Positions 1-12,699 of a DNA stretch of 64,000 nucleotides are shown here, piece after piece. Where the stretch lies: NCBI RefSeq assembly GCF_018350175.1, contig NC_058368.1:126668001-126732000 (forward strand), read 5' to 3'. The DNA is from Felis catus (taxonomy: Eukaryota). Both the position numbers and the translations under genes were made by a program. Position 1 is the first letter of the stretch; each line of letters opens with the position of its first letter. The notes beneath the pieces were generated by a model. The model saw only the letters and a list, made by a program, of their open reading frames with translations, ran no database searches and was not told the origin of the DNA.

Positions 1-71
1 AACTCACGGACCGCGGGATCGTGACCTGGCTGAAGTCGGACGCTTAACCGACTGCTCCACCCAGGCGCCCC
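1..71 (-). mobile_element. SINEC_Fc (tRNA-derived CanSINE) 5' part, CpG-rich, cut by the window edge, abutting Tigger1
   Basis: Reverse complement reads ggggcgcctgggtggagcagtcggttaagcgtccgacttcagccaggtcacgatc. Confidence 0.93.
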
Positions 72-1741
72 TCAGGTGCCACTTTTAATACTAGTTCTCT
101 TGCTCTTTCCATCACATCTACAGTTCCTTCATGGACATCCTGAACCCTTCAAAGTCCCCCATGACTGTTGGAATCAACTTCTCTCAAATTCCTCTTAATG
201 TTAATATTTTGACTTTTTCCCATGAATCATGAGTATATGTAGTGATACCCCGAACGGTGAATCCTTTCCAGAAGTTTTCAATTTACTTTGCTCAGATTAC
301 CAGAGGAACCACTGTCTATGGCACCTGTACTCTTACAAAATGTATTTCTTAAATAATAAGAATTTAAAAATCATAATTACTCCTTGATCCATGGGCTGCA
401 GAATGGATGTTGTGTTATCCGTGAAAACATTAATTTTGTGCATCTCCATCAGAGTTCTTAGGTGACCAGATGTATTGTCAATGAGCAGTAATACTTTGAA
501 AGGGATCATTTTTCCTGAGTAGATCTCAACAGTGAGCTTAAATATTCATTAAACCTTGCTGTAAACAGATATGTCGTCGTCCAAGCTTTATTCCATTTCT
601 ACAGCACAGGCAGAATAGATCTATTATTATTGTCAAGGTTCTTAGGATTTCAGCACGGTAAATGAGCATTGGCTCCAACTTAAAGTCACCAGCTGCATTA
701 GCCCCTAATAAGATAGTCAGCTGTCTTTTGAAACCAATTATTGATTTCTCTATGAAGGCCCTAGATGGCACCTTTCAATATGAGGCTATTTTGTTTACCA
801 TGAAAATCTGTTGTTTAGTGTAGCTACGTTCATTAACTATCATACTTACATCTTCTGGATTACTTGCTGCCATAGTTTCTCCCCAGCACTTGCTGCTTTA
901 CCTTGCACTTTTATGTTACGGAGACCACTTTCTTGTTTCAGCCTTATGAACCAACCTATGTTAGCATCAGACTTCTTTTCTGCAGCTTCCTCACCTCTTT
1001 CAGCCTTCACAGAATTGAAGACCATTAGGGCCTTGCTCTGGAGTAAGCTTTGACTTAAAGGAATGTTGTAGTTGGTTTGATCTTATATACAAACCACTAA
1101 AACTTTGTTCATATCAGCAATAAGGCTGCTATTTTCCCTTATCATCTGAACATTCACTGAAATCGCAGTTTTCATTGCCTTCAAGAACTATTCCTTTGCA
1201 TTCACAGTTTGTCTAGCTGTTTGGCATGATGGTAGGCCTTTCTTGGCTTTTGACATGGCTTCCTTCCTAAGCTTAATCTTTTGTTACTTTTGCCCTAAAG
1301 TGAGAGATGTGTGACTCTTTATTTCACTTGAGCATTTGAAGCCTATTGTTGGGTTTTTAACTGGCCTGATGTCAATATTGTGTCTCAGAGAATAGGGAGG
1401 CATAAGGAAGGAGAGAGACAGGAGAACTTCCGGTCTGTGGAACATTCAGAACACACACAACATTTATCTATTAAATTTGCTGTCTTATATGCGTGTGATT
1501 CCTGATACTTCAAAACAATTACAATAATAACATCAAAGATCACTGATCCCAGGTCATTATAAAAAATATAATAATGAAAAAATTTTAAATTTTGTGAGAA
1601 CGAGCACGTGACACAGACACAAAGTGAGCAAATGTTATTGGTAAAATGGTGCTGATAGACTTGCTCGGCACAGGTTTGCCACAAACCATCAATTTGTGAA
1701 AATGCACTATAAATAGAAACACATTAAATGAGGTAAGCTAG
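72..1741 (-). mobile_element. Tigger1 (TcMar-Tigger) DNA transposon, 5' ~1.7 kb with decayed transposase
   Basis: ORF 538..771 (MPSRAF...[18 protein letters not shown]) matches Tigger1 transposase; the 5' leader and a TIR-like end near 1741 match the recalled consensus; many stops and frameshifts. Confidence 0.92.
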
Positions 1742-1915
1742 TACAAAAATAAGACTATAGTTAACAATATTGTATTCTTGAAATTTCCTATGAGGGAATA
1801 TTTTAAGTGCTCACTTAAAAAAAAAGGAAAGAGAGAGAATGAAAATGACAACTATATGAGATGATGGACTTATTAATTAGCTTGATTGTGATAAATATTT
1901 CACAATATATATGTA

Positions 1916-2229
1916 CAACTAACACTCAGAGTTAATGCCAGAGTTAAGGGTACCAACACCCTGCACAGTTGAAAATCCATGTATAATTTTTGACTGCCCC
2001 CAAATTTAATTTCTAGTAGCCTGAGTTTGACTGGAAGCCTAGTCAACTAACATATTTATATGTTGTATGAATTATATGCTATATTCTTAGAATAAAGTAA
2101 GCCAAAGAAAAAATGTCATTAAGAAAATCATAAGAGAAAATGCATTTATAGTACTGTAGTATATTTTTTTAAAAAATCTGCATATAAGAGGATCTGTGCA
2201 GTTCACATTCATGGTTCAAGGGTCAACTG
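1916..2229 (+). mobile_element. Tigger2/MER8-family MITE
   Basis: Ends in ttcaagggtcaactg (TIR CAGTTGACCCTTGAA); TA at 1914-1915 and 2230-2231; internal gaaaatccatgtataatttttgact. Confidence 0.8.
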
Positions 2230-2274
2230 TATATCAAACCATCAATTCATATACCTTAAATGTTTACAATTTTT

Positions 2275-2382
2275 TAATTTATTTTTTTGGTTTTTTTGTT
2301 TGTTTTTATTATATGAAATTTATTGTCAAATTAGTTTCCATATGACATCTAGTGCTCATCCCAAAAGATGCCCTCTTCAATG
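2275..2382 (-). mobile_element. Heavily 5'-truncated felid L1 3' end with a 17-bp TSD
   Basis: T-rich tail then atatgaaatttattgtcaaattagtttcc; aaatgtttacaattttt is identical at 2258-2274 and 2383-2399. Confidence 0.85.
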
Positions 2383-2700
2383 AAATGTTTACAATTTTTA
2401 ATTGTTCTCTTATCTCAGTAAATCTAGAGTATTGCTTTAGAATGACAGAAGTTTATTTTTGTCATCTAATAGAACCCATATTACTTATTAATGGACTAGC
2501 ACATGTTAATTCCATTTTCAAAGGGATGACAACCATTTCCTGGGTTATTCTAGTGTTTGTACTTAAGTGCATGTATAGTGCAATGGTTTTGTGCACTCAA
2601 TTCCAAAGGACAAAGAAATGGTCATTTGAAAAACTGCACATTTTAAGATTAGTGACTTGATTCCATCAGGTGCTGAATAATAGGGCTTAAAAAGTATTTT

Positions 2701-2912
2701 GGGAGGTGTCTGGGTGACTCGGTTGGGTGTCCTACTTGAGCTCAGGTCATGATCTCATGGTCTGTGGGTTCAAGGCCTTTGTCGGGCTCTGTGCTGACAG
2801 CTCAGAGCCTGGAGCCTGCTTCGGATTCTGTGTCTCCCTCTCTCTCTATCCCTCCTCCACTCACACAGTGTCTCTCTGTCTCTCAAAAATTAACATTAAA
2901 AAAAATTTTTTT
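2701..2912 (+). mobile_element. CanSINE (SINEC_Fc-like)
   Basis: gctcaggtcatgatctc...gctgacagctcagagcctggagcc, CT tract and A tail; aagtatttt on both sides. Confidence 0.92.
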
Positions 2913-3029
2913 AAGTATTTTCCAACTTTCTGCTATGGGCTTAGAATGTACACAAAGAGCTTAGAATTCTTTGTAGGAAAGGGATACTACAATAGGTGGG
3001 TGCACATAATTTATACAAGTTTAAACAAA

Positions 3030-3349
3030 AATTGGGTGTTGAGTAATATAAAGGCTAAACTGCAGTAACAAAAAGCCCTTAATATACAAGGCTAAATTAC
3101 ATAAGACACTGCTTTTTGTCTCATTTAATAATATGACTGGACTAAGCTGGAAGGACAGGCATGTTATACAAGGTCTTCACTAGGGCATTAACCTCATCTG
3201 CATGGTGCAAAGCAGGTCATAGTCTGACCTACATTACTACAAGATGGGGCATGTGAAACCATCAAGGGCAAGTACTTGCCTTTGAGGCAGGAAGGTGAAA
3301 GCTGTCCTTATCCATTCTGCCAACATTCCACTGACCACGGCTTAGTCAT
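3030..3349. mobile_element. Old MLT1-like (MaLR) LTR, resuming at about 4223-4300 after an MLT2 insertion
   Basis: ctgccaacattccactgaccacggcttagtcat ... agccagatctaattgtgaggaggctaggaaatg resembles the MLT1J/K core. Confidence 0.5.
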
Positions 3350-4222
3350 CGTAGTAGTGTTCTCCAGAGAAATAGAACCAGTAGGATATATATACTATAG
3401 AGAGAGATATAGAGAGAGGTTTACAAGGAATGGTGAAGACAGTTGCAGAATCTGGGAGGTAGCTTTGTCAGGAAAGAGAACCTTTATGAAAGATGAAAAG
3501 AAATCAGTAATAAAACATTGGCATTAATAACACAGATGCAGGCTTTTTCTGATGCAGCCCTTGTGCTGTTCTTGAAACATTGGATGAAGTTGTAGAATCT
3601 GTAAATGGTTAAAACCATTTTGTTGTTGGTTCTGCTGCCGTTGCTACTACTGCCACTTAGAAAAGTCACAAGAAAACTCCAGAAAAAATCATGTTAGGAG
3701 ATTAAGCATCATACTAGAAATTAGCCTGATTAGATATGTATTAGTGAGGGTCCTCCAGAGACCTAGAACTTCTCAGAGGAGAGATAGGTAATGAAGAGTT
3801 GGCTCATGTGATTATGGAAGCCAAGAGGTCCCACAATCTGCCATCTGCAAGCTGGAGCCTGGTCTGAGAACTGAGGACCCAGGAGAGCCATTGGTAGAGT
3901 TGAAAAGTCTGAAAGCTATAGAATGAATGGTATATAGTTCAACCTGGGGCTGTGGACCTGAGAACCAGGTGTGACTAGGACAGGACATCAGTGTTCCTAG
4001 CCATCCTCCAGGATAGCCAAAAATTTAACCTTCCTCCACCCTTCGGTTCTGTTAGGGCTGTCAATATACTGTATGTCAACCTACTCCACATAGGAGAGGA
4101 CTGTCTGCCTTACTCATATCATCAATTGTGCGTCTCTTTTGGAAATATCCAGAAATAATATTTAACTGCTATCTGAGGCTTTTTTGGCCCAGTCAAGATT
4201 CCACATAAGATTAACCATCACA
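3350..4222 (-). mobile_element. MLT2 (ERVL) LTR (3737-4222) plus a second LTR terminus (3350-3433)
   Basis: tgtattagtgagggtcctccagaga...cccacaatctgccatctgcaagctgg...attaaccatcaca, with TG...CA termini. Confidence 0.8.
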
Positions 4223-4369
4223 GTTGTTTAGCCAGATCTAATTGTGAGGAGGCTAGGAAATGGTGTCTCTAGATGGTGGCACTGTCCCAGGGAAAAGTAA
4301 ACTGATTTGAAAGCGACCAGTAGCCGTCTCACCATTAAGAACATTTCTCCATAACAAAGATCTGGTTCT

Positions 4370-4587
4370 TTTTACTTATTTATTTTTAAAGTTTATTTAT
4401 TTATTTTGAGAGAGCAAGAGTGAGAACAGGGAGGGACAGAGAGAAAGGGGGAGAGAGAGAATCTCAAGCAGGCTCCACACTGTCAATGGAGAGCCCGACA
4501 TGGTCCCTAACCCACGAACTGCAAGATGATGACCCAAGTTGAAATCAAGAGTTGGATGCTTAACCTACTGAGTCACTCAGATGCCCC
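4370..4587 (-). mobile_element. CanSINE, first of a tandem pair
   Basis: T tail, GA tract, ...gaaatcaagagttggatgcttaacctactgagtcactcagatgcccc. Confidence 0.9.
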
Positions 4588-4590
4588 ATC

Positions 4591-4747
4591 TTTTTTTTTT
4601 TAATGTTGATTTATTTTTGAGAGAGAGAGGGGGATAGAGGATGCAAAGTGTGCTCTGTGCTGACAGCTGGCCTCGAACTCGGGAACCATGAGATCATGAC
4701 CTGAGCCAAAGTTGGACACTCAACTGACTGATCCACCCAGGCTCTCC
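4591..4747 (-). mobile_element. CanSINE, second of the tandem pair
   Basis: T tail, gagatcatgacctgagccaaagttggacactcaactgactgatccacccagg. Confidence 0.88.
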
Positions 4748-6149
4748 AAAGATGTGATTCTAAGAGAATATTGGTAATGCATTATTGAACTCACCCAGAA
4801 AAAATTAAATGGATTTTTTGTCAATTTAATAAAATGCTGTCACAATAAAGTGTTGTTACAATGTTGAAGTGTCAACACTATAATAAATAGTTCTCTGGTA
4901 TGAACTCTCTGTCCAGAGTATGCTTGTTACTAGGTGGCCCCTTGGTCCTGTCTGGCCTTTTAGTATTATTTTCAATTTGGCTTTTGATGCCAGAAGCACT
5001 AGGCAGACGAGCTCTATTTTGGGGAAAAGTGGTTAATGAAGTAAAACAAATTCACTGCATTAGACAAAGGGTTTAAGTTTGGGGTTTTTTTTGATGAGAC
5101 TGTAAATGCCTTTTCATTTTTACATCAGAGACTGTCTAAAAAGTGGCTTTTGGTATCTGAATCAGTGTGCGGCTCCTGTGATGTGCATGACTTACCAGAT
5201 AAACTGTTGCTGTTAACTATCAGGGGTAAATTAGTTTTCTTAAAAAAAAAAAAACAAACAGATCTATATCTGTAAAACTAAGAGCAGATTCTGATTATCT
5301 CTGCCAGCCCATTTTTTTCAGGATGAGTTTGCCTTCTGCAAATGATCTAGAACTTTGTTAGTGTCACACCTGCTGCACATTCTCAGGTGTGGCGATTTAT
5401 TGTGCAGTCAAGTTGAAAAGCATAAATCCCTGATAAAAGATAGCTTAGGGTGCAAGAAAGATAAAGGTGTCCAGAACAGTGAGCTTTAAAGGAATTCAAT
5501 GTGTTCTCTGGGGTTTGTAAAAATACGAAATTCTTAAAAACTGTGGGTCTTTAGGTAATTGTTCTTTTTCTAAATCTAATTATGTCTTTTTATGACCAAT
5601 GTTTCTTCCATTTGTTTTGCCAGGACAGCTGGCAAAAAAAAAAAAAAAAAAAAAATTGACCAGCCATTTTTCATGTCTTCCCCTGCATTCAAGTGCCAGG
5701 AGCCACATCGATTTTAAAGCAAGGTTTTCAGTTAGCATTTTTCTTTTTTGTGTGTCCTTTACTTTCCTGTTACTTCTCTCAGGCTTCTGATCTTCTAGAA
5801 TCCTCAAGAATTGTTCATGTTTCTGATGCAGGCAAACTCCCAACAAGGAAATGGGGTATGAGCAAGATACTCAAGTCTGCACGTAAAATCACGTGGCTTC
5901 ACAGGTGCTTGCCTCACCCAAAGGGATTTTTGTGTTACTTAGGCACCATTGCTAGCACATCTTGAGCACTTTATTTGCAATAAAGGGTAATTTAGGAAAG
6001 AATGTTAATTTAAAGCTGGATTGGTCTGAGTACCCCAGGAGGAAAAAAAATTAGCTGTACACAGTGGTGTGTGTGTATGTGTGTGTGTGTGCGTGTGCAT
6101 GTGCACACCCAGTAAAGTGTCAGCAATGTTGATTCAAAGCCTGAATTGA

Positions 6150-6370
6150 GGGGCACCTGGGTGGCTTAGTCGGTTGAGCGTCCAACTTCAGCTCAGGTCA
6201 TGATCTCACAGTTTGTGAGTTCAAGCCCCATGTCAGTCTCTGTGCTGACAGCTCAGAGCCTGGAGCCTGCTTCGGATTCTGTATCTCCCTCTCTCTCTGC
6301 CCCTGCCCCGCTTGTTCATACTCTGTCTCTCCCTGTCTCTCAAAAATAAACAAACATTAATATTTTTTTA
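6150..6370 (+). mobile_element. CanSINE (SINEC_Fc-like)
   Basis: ggggcacctgggtggcttagtcggttgagcg...; TSD-like cctgaatt on both sides. Confidence 0.93.
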
Positions 6371-7494
6371 ATCCTGAATTAATATACAAGTATTCAAGCT
6401 AATATTCCCTTCTACTAAAAAGAACACCTACAATAGATAAACTGTGACTTCTCTACCAAAAAAAGTTGAAATTAAAATAGATTTTTATCATCTTTTAATG
6501 ATGACCCACCTAAAGATAATGTTTTTATTTGATCATTTTTCTGTTTTTCATCACCACATCCATTTGCCTACCTTGAATGTTCCCTGATATTTGTGTATAC
6601 TAGAGATTGCAGTGGCGGGGGGGGGGGGAGTCAGAATTGGAGATGGGTAAAGTTATTTTTTAACTTACCTAGCTTTCAATTTGTCCAGATACCTAGATTT
6701 ATTTTCAGAACTAGAATGGCCAGTTTTCACCAAGCTGTACCTTAACATAGTCCATTTTTTTAGTCATTCACTAAATAGTTACTGTTAAATACTTTGGAGA
6801 ACACAAGGAAGTCTGAAACACTACCTACAATGCTTTTATACCAATACAAAATAATAGTCCATAGAATTAAGATCCAAATGAACACTAGAGATAGAAAGTG
6901 CTCTAAGAACCAAGAAAAAAGGAAGAATCACTTGAAGTTGGAGCTTGGCCTGGGAGCTGAAGGACAGACTTGGAGTATGCAGAAAGAAAAGTGATAGTAC
7001 TCTAGCCTCAGAACATAGAAAAATGTGCCCACATGAAAAGGTGGGCTTGTTGAAGAAAGTGTGAATAACTTGAGAGCAGCACAGTAGCAAGAAATATTCC
7101 TGGAAAGATAATGTGAGTGTTCAACCTGGGTGGACAAAGTCAGGTATGGCAGATGGGGAGCAGTACAATATCCAACACCCTGAATAGTGCCCCGCCCCAC
7201 CCCCCCATCAAGGCAGAGTGTGGAAAGGACTGTGGCTAGGGAGTACAAGAAGAATGTGTGTCTAAATATGAGGTCTATTTATGACCAGGATCTTAGGTTT
7301 TTTTCAGTGTAGGCCTTTGGTTTATATTAAAAAGGTTACTGGTCTCCCTTGTCATTTTTTCCTGTTATTTTAAGCAACCTGACTGTATATGGATTCTTAT
7401 CCAAACAATGACAGTAAGGGAAGGTGGGAAAATGTTTCAGGGGAGAAAGAGAGTATCTAATCTCCTAGACTTAAACATGAGTGTAGAAGTGAAA

Positions 7495-7730
7495 GGTGAT
7501 GGCTCTCGAGCTGAATCTCCTCGGTTTGCTTTCCTACACCTCCATTTACTAGCTGTGCAATTCTGGCAAGATGCTTAAACTTCCTGTGCCTCTTTTTACC
7601 CAACTGTGAAATGGGGATAACATTATGAATCCATCTCATACCTTTTTTTTTAATATTAAATGAGACCAAACATGAAAAATCCTTTTACAGGCTGCTAACA
7701 CATAGTAAATGCTTAATAAATGCTAACTAT
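7495..7730 (+). mobile_element. MIR SINE
   Basis: ccatttactagctgtg...ggcaagatgcttaaacttcctgtgcctc...ctgtgaaatggggataa...acatagtaaatgcttaataaatg. Confidence 0.8.
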
Positions 7731-8299
7731 TTTGATTATCTTAAGAAGGAAGAATTCAGCCAAGTCCTCATTTTTAGGTTGCAGGGAGGACAAAGGGACC
7801 AAGTGAAAGTCTGATCATCTGGGATATGTGATGAACGATAGTGAAACCTCTGGTAAGCTACAGGAAAGAGGTTGGAAAGTTTAAATCTATTTTACCTAGT
7901 CCCAGACCTTGTGGCCCCAGGAAAGCATCCATCATGTTGTTAGTGAATCTGAAAACTGCCACTCCCTCGAAAAGAATCCTCCTACCTAAAAACAAAAGTG
8001 TATAGTCTACGACATCTTGGATATGTCTCTTTCACTTTGTCAGTAAAGCAATAGCTATAAGCGTTCAGGTTTGGGTTGTTGCTCTGTGCTTCTTCAAAGC
8101 AACCAAAGTAGCTGTGTTCATTTGAACTAATCAGACTCTACTACTCTCACTTCATATCAAGGTAGGGCACAAGCTCCTTGGATAAAGGATTATTTAAGAG
8201 AATAATTCCCTTGGTTTGTTACAACATGGCTCCTCGGCCATGGTACTAGTGACAGTTTGCTCTAGGTAATTCTCAGTTGGGGAAGGAGAGCTTATATTA

Positions 8300-8450
8300 A
8301 ATACATTGAAGATTATTTAGCAACATCTCTGGTCTTTATTCATTAGATGCTGGTAGCACCTCCTTCCCCCAGCCATGACAATCAAAAAGGTCTCCAGGCA
8401 ATGCCAAACATTGCCTAGTGGACAAAATCACCTCCAGTCAACAGCCACTG
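8300..8450 (-). mobile_element. MER20 (hAT-Charlie)
   Basis: tagatgctggtagcacc...gacaatcaaaaaggtctccaggcaatgccaaa...caaaatcacctccagtcaacagccactg is the reverse complement of the MER20 5' part. Confidence 0.75.
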
Positions 8451-11400
8451 TCAGAATCATTGGAAGAAACCCACTGCTGTGTTTTTCAAACAGAAAATAA
8501 TGACCACCATGGATACTGGTGCCTTTGATTCTTAACCACACAAAAATACCAAGGCTTTCATCTCCATGGACTCGTGGGCAGAAATGAACTACCTCATGCC
8601 ATACCAGTATCTGTGGCAGGTGGGGTGAAGAGTCACCAACAGATGGGAGGCATCAGAGATGCCTTGATGACTTTGCAAGATTTGAATACTGGCATCTCCT
8701 AACTAACCACAATGGGGTAGGAGTGATGTCCTGTTTTCTCTTCCTCTTCAGGGTGAGAAAATAGAGTAAGTATTTGGCTGTCAGAGTAGTCAATTTTTTA
8801 TGGAAATGATCTTTGGATTTGTATCAAGTTTTTCTGGGTAGTAGGAACGTGAATCCACTAGATAATTGATGCATTTTTCTTTCTCTGATAGGTTATGCTT
8901 TTTGAGTCCATGTGTCAGGCCAAAATGGTGTCATTTAAATGGTCACTGCAGCCGAGAAGCGGGACCTTTTTAAGTACTGCTAGAGAGCTCACAGCCAGAA
9001 GCTACCACTCATTTTCAAGTTTAAATTCAGTGTGAGGCAAATGTGAATTTAGGGAGTTTACTATAATGTCTGGAATTCTTATATTGCTTATTCCTAACTA
9101 TCACCCACTTTGAAAAATGGTAAGATTCGAAGATAGGCATTTATTTTTTTTACCGAAGTGTAGTTGATGCCTAATGTTACATTAGTTTTGGGTATACAGC
9201 ATAGTGATTGAAGATATTTTTGTTAAGCTGTGTTCACCTCATCTGTAGCTACCATCTGTCACCATACAATGCTATTATGGTACCATTTACCATATTCCCT
9301 ATGCCGTAACTTTTATCCCTGTGACTTACTCATTTCTTAACTAGAAGACTGGATTTCCCACTCCCCTTCACCCATTTTGCCCATTCCCCCATTTCTTTCT
9401 CCTCTGGCAACCATTAGTTTGTTCTTTGCTCATTGGTTTACTCATTGTTTTTAGATTCCATGTATAAGTGAAATCATACGGTACATGTCTTTCTCTGACT
9501 TACATCGCTTATAATATCCTCTAGGTTCATCCATATTGTTGCACATGGGAAGATCTCACCCTTTTATATGGCTGAGTAATGCTCTATTGCATGCGTGCAC
9601 CATATATATATGGTGTGTGTGTGTATATATATGTACATGTATATGTGTGTATATATACACACACACAGCATACACACACACACACACACACACACGCGTG
9701 CGAGCACCACATCTTCCTTATTCATTCTCCCATAGATGGCCACTGAGTTGTTTAGATCTTGGCTATTATAAATAGTGTTGTGATAAACATAGGGGTGTGT
9801 ACATCTTTCTGAATTAGTATTTTTGTTCTCTGTGGGTAGTTCCCCAACAGTGGAATTATTGGATCATATGGTATTTCTACTTTGAATTTTTGAGGAACCT
9901 ATATACTATTGTCCACAGTGGCTGCACCAACTGACGTTCCCACCAACAGTGAACCAGGGTTCCTTTTTCTCCACATCCTTGCCAACACATAAAATTTCTT
10001 GTCTTTCTTGTTCTAGTCATTCTGACAGATGTGAAGTGATATCTTAATGTGGTTTTGATTGGTATTTCCATGATGATGAAGGATGTTCATCTTTTTATGT
10101 GTCTGATAGCCATCTCTATGTCTTTGGGAAAATGTCTATTCAGGTTTTCTGCCCATTTTTTAATCAAATTAGATTGGTTTTTTTTTTTTTTTTTTTTTTT
10201 TTTGGTGTTGGTTTGTATATGTCTTCACATAAGATACTTTTTCCCGTTTGGTAGGTTGCTTTTTCATTTATTTGGTGATTTCCTTTACTGTGCAAGCTTT
10301 TTATTTTGGTGTAGTGCCAATAATTTATTTTTGATTTTGTTTCACTTGCCTGAGGAGAGATAGTGAAAAAATGTTACTTAGTCCCATGTCAAAGAAATGA
10401 CTGCTTATGTTTGCTTCTAGGACTTCTCTGGTTTCATGTCTCACATTTACTCGGTTAGTCCATTTTAAGTTCCTTTTTTTTGTGGATAGCATAACAGAGT
10501 GGTCCGGTTTTATTCCTTTGTATGTAGCTGTGCAGTTTTCCTCAACACCATTTGTTGAAGACACTGTCTTGTCCTTGTTGTATATTCTTACCTTTTTTGT
10601 CATAGATTGACTATGTAAGCATGGGTTTATTTCCAGAGTCTCTATTATGTTCTATTTATCTATGTGCCTCTTTTTTTGCCAGTATAATACTGTATTGATT
10701 ATTATGGTTTGGTAGTATAATTTTAAATCTGGGATTGTGATACCTCCTGCTTTGTTCTTTCGCAAGATTGCTTTGACAATTTGTGACCTTTGTGATTTCA
10801 TATAATTTTAGTATATTTGTTCTAGTTCTCTGAAAAATTTTGTTGGTATTATGATTGAGATTACATTGAATTCGTAGATTGCTTTGGGTAGTATGGATGT
10901 ATCAACAGTATTCTTTAAATCCATGAGCGTGGAATTTCTTTATATTTATGTCATCCTCAACTTTTTTGTTTTTATCAGTGTTAAACTTTTCAGAGTGCAG
11001 CTCTTTTATCTCTGATATAAGTATTGGTAGCCCAGCCTTTTTTTTTTTTCTACTTCTATATGCCAGCTTTTTTTTCTACCTTTTTCCCCATTATTTGACT
11101 TTCAGTTTGTACATGTCTTTAGGTCTGAGGTGAGTCTCTTATGAGAGGCATATGGATGGTTCTTGTTTTTTATCCATTCTGCCAGTCTATGTCTTTTGTG
11201 GAGCATTTAGGCCATTTATATTTGGAGTAATTATTGATATGTGTGCACTTAGTGCCATTTTGTTAATTGTTTTCTGGTTGTTTTTGTGGTTTTTGTTTTT
11301 GTAGTTTTTCTCCGTTCATCACTTCCTTGTGATTGATGACTTTTAATAGTGTTATGCTTCACTTTATTTTTCTTTGTTTTTTTGTGTGTGTATCTATGGT

Positions 11401-11873
11401 AGGTTTTTTATTTGTGATTATTATGAGGTTTATACATAGCATCGTAAGCATATAATAGTCTGTATTAAGTTGATGGTTACTTAAGTTTGCACACATTTTA
11501 AAAGAACAATTGTTTTAACTCCTCCTCTGCATTTTAAGTATATGTTGTCATCTTTTACACATTTTTATTCATAATTATTTTCCAATTATGTTATTTTCCA
11601 ACTAAAAAATTCTCTTTAATATTTCTTTTAAGTTCAGTTTAGTAGCAATTAAATCCTACAAAGTTTGTCTCTCCTTCAGTTGTGATAACCTTGCAGGGTA
11701 GAGAATTATTGGTTCTATGATTATTTTTTCCATCCCAGCCCTTTGTTTATATATGGCCTGCAAAGTTTCTACTAACAAAGCAGCTGATAGTGTTATGGGG
11801 TTTCCCTTGTATATTACTTGTTGCTTCCCTTCTGCTACTTTAAAGTTTTTTTCTTTATCTTTAATCTGTTACA

Positions 11874-11977
11874 TTTTTTTTTAATTTTAAGTCACTTCTA
11901 CACCCAATATGGGGCTCCAACTCAAATCCCAAGATCAAGGGTAACATGCTCCATTGACAGAGCCAACCAGGCACCCC
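11874..11977 (-). mobile_element. Short older CanSINE nested in L1
   Basis: ctacacccaatatggggctccaactc...agccaaccaggcacccc; ctttaat on both flanks. Confidence 0.8.
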
Positions 11978-12699
11978 TTTAATATTTTAAATTTTATTAT
12001 GTGTCATGGTGTGGACCTACTTGGGTTCATCTTGTTTGGAACTTTCTGTACTTCCTGTGCTCAGATGTCTGTTTGCTTCCTCCGGTAATGGAAGTTGTGA
12101 ACTATTATGTTTTTCAAATAAGTTCTCTGCCTCTTTGTATCTTTTCCTTCTAAGACTCCTGTAATGATCATCTTTGCTTGATGTTTCCAAGATATTCTTT
12201 ACCCTATCCTCATTTTTAAAATACCTTTTTTTCTTTTTGCTGTTGAGCTTGGGTGCTTTATAATACCCTGATCACTTTCCCGGGTAAAGTGATCACTGAT
12301 CCTTTTTTCTACATCCAATAATCTACTATTAATTCTCTCCAGTGTATTTTCATTTCATTTCTTGTATTCTTCAACTCTGATTGGTTCTTATTTATATTTT
12401 GTATCTCTTCAGTGAAGTTTTGAGTTCTGAAAGAACAGTCCACCGGGCATCTTTATGATGATTACTTGAAAGTCTCTACCAGGCGCATTGCTTAGATTGT
12501 TTTCATACAGTTTTTTTTCTGAGTTTTTGTCTTACTCTTTTGTTTGGAACATCTTCCTGTCAGCTCATTTTACCTGATTTTCTGTGTTCGTTTCTAAGAA
12601 TTAGGTGAAACAGCTACTTCTCCTAAATTTGAAGGACTGGGTCTGGATATGGTCATCCCCTGCCTGTGGGTGACATTGGATAGCTGACTGGAGCTTTGT

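Larger units (their letters stand above)
1745..2425 (+). mobile_element. Old L1M 3' end fragment, interrupted by a MITE and a young L1 stub
   Basis: actatagttaacaatattgtatt...ttaattagcttgattgtg...atttcacaatatatatgta resumes as tatcaaaccatcaa...ccttaaatgtttacaatttt. Confidence 0.75.

Noticed and set aside
538..771. Domesticated transposase gene (TIGD1-like)
   Set aside because: The frame is broken by frameshifts and stops and sits in a decayed Tigger1 copy.
6150..6230. tRNA-like A/B boxes here and in other SINE heads
   Set aside because: These are tRNA-derived CanSINE heads followed by CT tracts and A tails, not tRNA genes.
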